A stretch of 64,000 nt of DNA, taken from assembly GCA_963812605.1 (NCBI GenBank), contig CAWEWF010000001.1, positions 480,001 to 544,000 of the forward strand. Direction: 5' to 3'. This document shows positions 58,651 to 64,000 of the stretch, in pieces. Within the stretch, counting starts at the first letter, position 1, and every line of letters starts with the position of its first letter. The translations under genes and the position numbers were made by a program. This stretch comes from an uncultured Verrucomicrobiae bacterium. Its GTDB lineage: Bacteria; Verrucomicrobiota; Verrucomicrobiia; Palsa-1439. A model generated the notes under the pieces. The model was not told the origin of the DNA and did no database searches. It saw only the letters and a list, made by a program, of their open reading frames with translations.

Positions 58651-59460
58651 CTACTTGTTACTGGATGCGGCCGCTTCAATGGTCATGTTGTTGATCACGC
58701 TCTTCACGCCGTTAATGTCCGTGACGAGCTTGGTGACCAGGGCCTTCTCGGACTCATTCTTGGCTACGCCACCCACTGTGACCACGCCCTCGGTCGTCGA
58801 GACCTTGGTGTTGAGCACGCTGGTTGAATGGTGCGACAGCAATGATCCTTTCACTTCAGCAGTGATGGAGGCGTCATCGATTTTTTGACCGACTGTTTCA
58901 TTGGGCTTTGCGGGAGCGGTCGCCACCGTCATCTCATTTTTCACGCTCTTGACGCCGTCAACGTCCTTGGCGTATTCGGTGGTGAGTTCCTTTTGGGCTT
59001 CACTGGTAGCTTCGCCTCTCAAAGTGACGTTTCCGTCTTTCAACTCCACTTCCGTCGCGGTGACGCTCACATTACGATGGAATAGCAGGGCGGATTTCAC
59101 TTTCATGCTGAGCCACGTGTCCGAGTTCTCGGCAGGCTGTTCGCCTCGGACCTTGATCTGATTGTCCACGCTCGTAACGCCGGGCAACGCTGCGGCGACG
59201 TCCTGGGCCATCGGTTTGTGGCTTTCGTCGGCCACGGAGCCCGACAAGATGACGGCTCCATCTTTGGAACTGATTTTGATATGTTCGTCCTTCAGATACG
59301 TCTTATACACGTAGGTCTTCTTGAACGATGAATCGATGCGGTCATCCGTCTCGGACGCGCGCACCGGCCCGTTGGTGAACACCAACACGGCGGTGAATGC
59401 CAAAACCCCCGCGGTCATGACCAGCGCCAGCGGATAGTTTGTCTTAATTACTTTCTTCAT
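58651..59460 (-). CDS. OsmY-like protein with three BON domains
   Basis: Signal peptide; three repeats ending PGVTSVDNQI / DGVKSVKNEM / NGVKSVINNM. Confidence 0.9.
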   Translation of the reverse strand: MKKVIKTNYPLALVMTAGVLAFTAVLVFTNGPVRASETDDRIDSSFKKTYVYKTYLKDEHIKISSKDGAVILSGSVADESHKPMAQDVAAALPGVTSVDNQIKVRGEQPAENSDTWLSMKVKSALLFHRNVSVTATEVELKDGNVTLRGEATSEAQKELTTEYAKDVDGVKSVKNEMTVATAPAKPNETVGQKIDDASITAEVKGSLLSHHSTSVLNTKVSTTEGVVTVGGVAKNESEKALVTKLVTDINGVKSVINNMTIEAAASSNK

Positions 59461-59528
59461 GCTTAACATCTTTCTGTTGTTACATCCTTTGGTTGGAAGT
59501 ACGTTACGCGACTGTCAAATCGCGTGCT

Positions 59529-59546
59529 ATAAGGCAGAACCCTACC
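59529..59546. promoter_or_regulatory. 18-bp operator-like motif, copy 1
   Basis: ATAAGGCAGAACCCTACC upstream of the BON operon. Confidence 0.6.
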
Positions 59547-59634
59547 GCGCGTGGTTGGAAGTGGTTGCTGAGAATTGCTTGTGCCATCGGATCAGTGAGA
59601 CGGACAGGCGAGCGAACAAAGGCTTCTATCTTAC

Positions 59635-60699
59635 TTAGCGAAGCGGCTTCTCCTTCAAGTCATCTTGAAAGCAGCGGACCACTTTCTTGACCTCCTGAAG
59701 CAGGATCGCGCCGTAGATGATCCGGTCAATTCCCCTGGCAAAGACCAGCGTTGGCGCGGCAACGAAATCACCCCGCCACACCAGGGCGCTCGATTTCTCA
59801 CCGACGCGCATGGGCCAGATCTCACACAGCGTGGCGGCGGCGTAGTATTTGGCGCTGACGTAATACTGCACGTCCAGGATCTGGTAGTGATCGTCTTGCG
59901 GCAACAGGTAGATGGCTCCCAGGCTCAACGTGGCGTGGTGATTGGCGGTGAACAGGGTCCAGTACAGCGTTGGCGTGAGCAACCCGGATTTTTGGTCGCC
60001 GAGCAAACCGCTCTGCTGCAGCAACGTCTCGAATTGGTGGACCACCGCCGGTTGCTCGCGCATCATCTCACGAAGTTGTTTGGCGGGTGATACCGATGCC
60101 CCGCTGGCTTCGTACGGCAGCAGGCCATCGAACCCCCGGTGTTGGAACGCAGCAACACGTTTCCGCAGCAACTCCACCCAGCACGCGCTGGCACCCTGGG
60201 GATCCGGACTGCCGCTCACGCAGGTCGCGAGCTCTTGCGCCTCGGCATGTGTCAGGTTGAGATCAGATTTGTCGGCAGTGGTGGCGAGGGTCTTGTCCAG
60301 CAGCCAGCGGATGGGCCCCTGACCGGACTTCAGGCTCAGGGTTTGAAAATCTGTGGCAGCGCACGGCGCATGCACCGCTTGATACGCAAACACGCTCAGG
60401 ACTTCGTGCGGCAATGGATCCCAGACCAGCAAGCGCCGGACCGTCTCGGCCGCCGCCGCCGGTGTCACGAAACACGTCTGCGCCGAAAGCCCATTGGGGA
60501 AATTCATCAGCGAACCCCGCGTCCCGAGAATGTCACCATTCAACACACGATGGAGGTCGGCCGCGGGAAAATCGCCAAACCGTTTCACATCGTCCAGGGG
60601 CTCGGAGGCGGTCGCAATCTTTGCCGCAGCCAGGAATCCGACCACCAGACCTGCCTGGATGATCGTGAAGACGCGGTATCGTTTCTTTGGCTTCATCAT
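59635..60699 (-). CDS. Hypothetical exported protein
   Basis: N-terminal signal-like segment; 354-aa ORF. Confidence 0.7.
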   Translation of the reverse strand: MMKPKKRYRVFTIIQAGLVVGFLAAAKIATASEPLDDVKRFGDFPAADLHRVLNGDILGTRGSLMNFPNGLSAQTCFVTPAAAAETVRRLLVWDPLPHEVLSVFAYQAVHAPCAATDFQTLSLKSGQGPIRWLLDKTLATTADKSDLNLTHAEAQELATCVSGSPDPQGASACWVELLRKRVAAFQHRGFDGLLPYEASGASVSPAKQLREMMREQPAVVHQFETLLQQSGLLGDQKSGLLTPTLYWTLFTANHHATLSLGAIYLLPQDDHYQILDVQYYVSAKYYAAATLCEIWPMRVGEKSSALVWRGDFVAAPTLVFARGIDRIIYGAILLQEVKKVVRCFQDDLKEKPLR

Positions 60700-60737
60700 C
60701 GAGTGATACAGCCTCGCCGATAAGCGGACTTTTCGCC

Positions 60738-60798
60738 ATAGGGCAAAACCCTACCAAGGATGCCTGGAGGGTTCTTGATAGGTAGGGTTTTACCTTAT
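60738..60798. promoter_or_regulatory. Inverted pair of the 18-bp operator-like motif (copies 2 and 3)
   Basis: ATAGGGCAAAACCCTACC (60738-60755) and the reverse complement of ATAAGGTAAAACCCTACC (60781-60798) in a divergent intergenic region. Confidence 0.6.
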
Positions 60799-60862
60799 GG
60801 ACGGCTTGCAGCAATTACCAGATGGTGACACAGGATTATTGTCAACGGATTCGACACAAACT

Positions 60863-61582
60863 ATGGAAACCAAGTTGACCAGGCTGTCGCGACGATACGC
60901 GACGGCTTTGCGTAAACACCTGAAGCAAGGGCGTCGAGCCAGCTTGCAGCCGGCGCAAAGACTGGGACGCGGGGCCATGGCCAGCGGGCTCGAGACGTTG
61001 GATTTGGCAAGAATTCACGAAATCGCCCTCGCGCGGGTGGTGTTGCCAGGTTACTCCTCCGCCATCCGAAAGTCCATGAACGAGCGCGCGGAAATCTTTT
61101 TTGTAGAGGCCATTACCCCGATCGAAACAACTCATCGCGCCGCGCGAGAATCCAAGGTCCAATTAAAACGACTGGCCAGGACCGTGGGTCGGCGCACCGT
61201 GGACCTGGCTGCTTCTGGCCGGCAGTTGAAACAGGGAATCACCCGACGCAAGGCCGCGGAGAAGGCCCTCGAGAAAAGCGGGAAACACCGCGCCGGATTA
61301 TTGGCCGAGTCACATCGCCTGCAGGAGCATTTGCGGCATTTGGCCCGCCAGATTCTTTTGGCGCAGGAGGATAAACGAACGAGAATCAGCCGCGAGTTGC
61401 ATGATGAAGTCGCCCAGACATTGTTGGGGATCAATGTCCGGCTGTTGACGTTGAAACAGGAGGCCACGGTCAATACCAAGGGCCTCAAAAAAGAGATCGC
61501 CAACACGCAACGACTTGTGGAAAAATCGATGAAAACCATGGGCCAGTTTGCTCGTGAATTCGGCATCCATCATGAAACGTGA
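60863..61582 (+). CDS. RsbU_N-like + HisKA_3 protein lacking the HATPase domain
   Basis: LSRRYATAL...LGR.A...GLETLDLARIH; ISRELHDEVAQ; ends right after the DHp domain. Confidence 0.8.
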   Translation: METKLTRLSRRYATALRKHLKQGRRASLQPAQRLGRGAMASGLETLDLARIHEIALARVVLPGYSSAIRKSMNERAEIFFVEAITPIETTHRAARESKVQLKRLARTVGRRTVDLAASGRQLKQGITRRKAAEKALEKSGKHRAGLLAESHRLQEHLRHLARQILLAQEDKRTRISRELHDEVAQTLLGINVRLLTLKQEATVNTKGLKKEIANTQRLVEKSMKTMGQFAREFGIHHET

Positions 61583-62705
61583 ATTGACCGGGTTGTCGCG
61601 CCGCTACGTGGCGGCGCTGCGAAAACACTTGCAGCAGGGCCCGCGGGCGAGTTTGCAGCCGGCGCGGGGACTGGGACGGCGCGCCATGGCTTTGCGGCTG
61701 GAGACACTGGACCTGGCCCGTATCCACGAACAAGCCTTGATTACGCTGGTGTTGCCAAGCGACTCCCCGAGCGCCCGGGATGCGATGGTCCGGCGGGCGG
61801 GGATTTTTTTTGCCGAGGCCATTACCCCGATCGAGAAAACTCATCGCACCGCGCGGCAGGCCAGCCTCTACTTTGGCCAACTCAACCAGACGTTGCGCCA
61901 GCGCAGCGCGGACCTGGCTGTTTCGAACCAGCATTTGAGACAGGAAATCGTCCAGCGCAAGCGCGTGGAGAAATCCCTTCGGAAAAGCGAGCGGCACTAT
62001 GGCCTGTTGTTACAGCAGTCGCGGGACATGCAGGAACAATTGCGGCATCTGTCTCGCCAGCTCCTGACCGCGCAGGAGGAGGAACGCAAGAAAATCAGCC
62101 GCGAGCTGCACGATGAAATCGCGCAAACCTTGACGGGAATCAATATCCGGCTGGCGGCCCTGAAGACCGAGGCGGCGCACAACACCAAGGGGCTCCAGGA
62201 CAAAATCTCCCGCACGCAGCGGATGGTCGAGAAGTCGGTGGACATCGTGCATCGGTTCGCCCGCGAATTGCGCCCGACGGTGTTGGACGACCTGGGGCTG
62301 ATTCCCGCCCTGCATTCGTTTGTGAAAGGCTTCTCCGAGCGGACGCGCATACCCATCCGGTTGACGGTCTTTGCCGGGGTTGAAGAACTGGACAATGCCA
62401 AGCGCACGATGCTCTATCGCGTTGCCCAGGAGGCGCTCACCAACGTCGCCCGGCATGCGCAAGCCAGCCGGGTGGACGTAAACATCGAAAAACTTCCGGG
62501 TGGCATTTGCATGAAAATCAGGGACGATGGCAAATCTTTCCAGGTGGATCATATGTTGAATGCCAGGAAAAACAAGCGATTGGGGTTGCTGGGCATGCGC
62601 GAGCGCGTGGAGATGGTCGGGGGCAGCTTTAATGTGGAATCCGCGCCCGGCAAAGGCACCACCATCCAGGCGCGGGTTCCATTCGCGAACGGCAAGGGGA
62701 CCTAG
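61572..62705 (+). CDS. Soluble sensor histidine kinase (RsbU_N-like + HisKA_3 + HATPase)
   Basis: ISRELHDEIAQ, LRPTVLDDLG, QEALTNVARHA, DDGKSF, GLLGMRER. Confidence 0.92.
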   Translation: MKRELTGLSRRYVAALRKHLQQGPRASLQPARGLGRRAMALRLETLDLARIHEQALITLVLPSDSPSARDAMVRRAGIFFAEAITPIEKTHRTARQASLYFGQLNQTLRQRSADLAVSNQHLRQEIVQRKRVEKSLRKSERHYGLLLQQSRDMQEQLRHLSRQLLTAQEEERKKISRELHDEIAQTLTGINIRLAALKTEAAHNTKGLQDKISRTQRMVEKSVDIVHRFARELRPTVLDDLGLIPALHSFVKGFSERTRIPIRLTVFAGVEELDNAKRTMLYRVAQEALTNVARHAQASRVDVNIEKLPGGICMKIRDDGKSFQVDHMLNARKNKRLGLLGMRERVEMVGGSFNVESAPGKGTTIQARVPFANGKGT

Positions 62706-62710
62706 TATTT

Positions 62711-63383
62711 ATGAAACGTATCACTGTTCTGCTGGCGGAAGATCACATGGTTGTTCGTGAGGGGTTTCGGAAGTTGTTGGAAACCGAACTCGATATCGAG
62801 GTCGTTGGCGAAGCGCAAACGGGTCGCCAGGCGGTGGAACTGACCCGGAAACTTCGACCCGGCGGTGGTCGTGATGGACATCGCGATGCCGCTCCTCAAT
62901 GGATTGGAAGCCACACGGCAGATCCGCAAGGCCTTTCCGGACACCAAAGTGATCATTCTCTCCGCACACAGCGATGACGCCTACGTTGACCAGGCGATCG
63001 CGATTGGCGCGGTGGGTTTCCTGCTCAAGCAAACTTCCTCCCACAATCTGTCCGTGGCGATTCGGGAAGTTCAAAAGGGAAACACCTTTTTTAGCGCTTC
63101 CGTTTCCAAGCGGTTGCACGATCACAAGGCGCCCGCCAGAGGGGGAGCCCTGCGGAAGAAAGTGGCCTGCCTCAGTTCACGCGAGCTGGAAGTGCTCCAA
63201 CTGATTGCCGAAGGCAAGGCGAACAAAGAGACTGCGGCAGAGCTCGGCATCAGCATTAAAACGGTCGAAAAACACCGGCAGAATCTGATGGCGAAACTCA
63301 ACATCCACGAAATCTCCGGTCTCACCCGCTACGCCATCGGCGCGGGCATCATCGAGAGCAGCGTCCAGTTGACGATCCGCTAG
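62711..63383 (+). CDS. NarL/LuxR response regulator; frameshift near 62860
   Basis: LLAEDH...VVMDIAMP; LSSRELEVL.LIAEG..NKE.A..L.IS.KTVEKHR. Confidence 0.9.
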
Positions 63384-63489
63384 CCTTGGCCCCACGCGTT
63401 GGGTCCCGGATGGGGTCAACACCCCATAGCCTCTGCAAGGTCTACCAGTTTACCGTCCTTTCCAATGAAGAGAAAACCGCGCGTCCAAA

Positions 63490-64000
63490 ATGAAAGCCTT
63501 CCCAATGGATAGTCCGCAGGACAAGGAATTGGAATCTCAAATCGTTGCCTTGAACGAACGGCTTGAGCAGCAACTGGCGGAGTGCCGGGTCGAATTGCGG
63601 ATGAAGACCGGTCAATTGCGCGCGATGGCCTCCGAACTGGCGCAAGTGGAGCAGCGGGAGCGGGACCGGCTGGCGGCGATCTTGCACGATAATATGCAGC
63701 AGCTTCTGGTGGCCGCAGGGATTCAAATAGGCGTTGTGAACCACATCCTTCTGCCGATCAAGGAACGCAACGCCCTTTCCAAGGCGGACGAAATCATCAG
63801 CGAGGCGATTGCGATTTCTCGGGCGCTGACGGTGGATCTGAGTCCTCCCATCCTGCACGGGGCCCGCCTGGGCGCGGCATTGGAGTGGCTGGCCCGACGA
63901 ATGACCGAGTTATACTGCTTTACGGTGGATCTCAGCATTGACTCGCGCGCTGAAACACAGACGGAAGGCTTGCGTATCTTGCTCTTCGAAACGGTGCGGG
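63490..64000 (+). CDS. HisKA_3 histidine kinase, 5' part; runs off the window edge
   Basis: Manual translation: ...EQRERDRLAAILHDNMQQLL...LSPPILH...LGAALEWL. Confidence 0.8.
   Translation, partial: MKAFPMDSPQDKELESQIVALNERLEQQLAECRVELRMKTGQLRAMASELAQVEQRERDRLAAILHDNMQQLLVAAGIQIGVVNHILLPIKERNALSKADEIISEAIAISRALTVDLSPPILHGARLGAALEWLARRMTELYCFTVDLSIDSRAETQTEGLRILLFETVR

Noticed and set aside
59572-59590. Sigma-54 promoter for the BON operon (TGGCACAAGCAATTCT on the minus strand)
   Set aside because: The -12 position is TC instead of the near-invariant GC

Overview
A GC-rich bacterial chromosomal segment. Gene content suggests Verrucomicrobiota/PVC, which is an inference. About ten single-base frameshifts, mostly in short homopolymers, suggest an unpolished long-read assembly. 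I found no rRNA, tRNA or CRISPR array. Main blocks: (1) ~2.0-17.8 kb, an unusual glycolipid/aryl-polyene-like biosynthetic cluster. It has hpnK/hpnA/hpnI-like genes, a methyltransferase, a fused KS-CLF, ACP, flavin halogenase, acyltransferase, LolA-like carrier and FabZ-like dehydratase. A HydE-like radical SAM / cation antiporter / AMP-ligase operon converges on it, and an AT-richer islet (HigBA plus PD-(D/E)XK nuclease) splits the two arms. (2) 18-30.6 kb, mixed genes: receiver proteins, IorAB, an ECF module, glycogen debranching enzyme, a RAYT transposase with GTAG REPs, and fabI. (3) 31-55 kb, the most striking block. An atypical sigma-54 activator is followed by five tandem, translationally coupled STT3/AglB-like GT-C paralogues, a membrane SAM methyltransferase, a GT87 and two DUF2723/TMEM260-like GT-C genes. 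These lie directly upstream of a sigma-54-promoted Flp/Tad pilus operon, forming a candidate pilus/surface glycosylation system. (4) 58-64 kb, a candidate general-stress module with BON, lmo0937-like and DUF3185-like genes, RsbU_N-like histidine kinases (one lacking its ATPase domain), a NarL regulator and three copies of an 18-bp operator-like motif. All family assignments come from motifs recognised by eye, not database searches.
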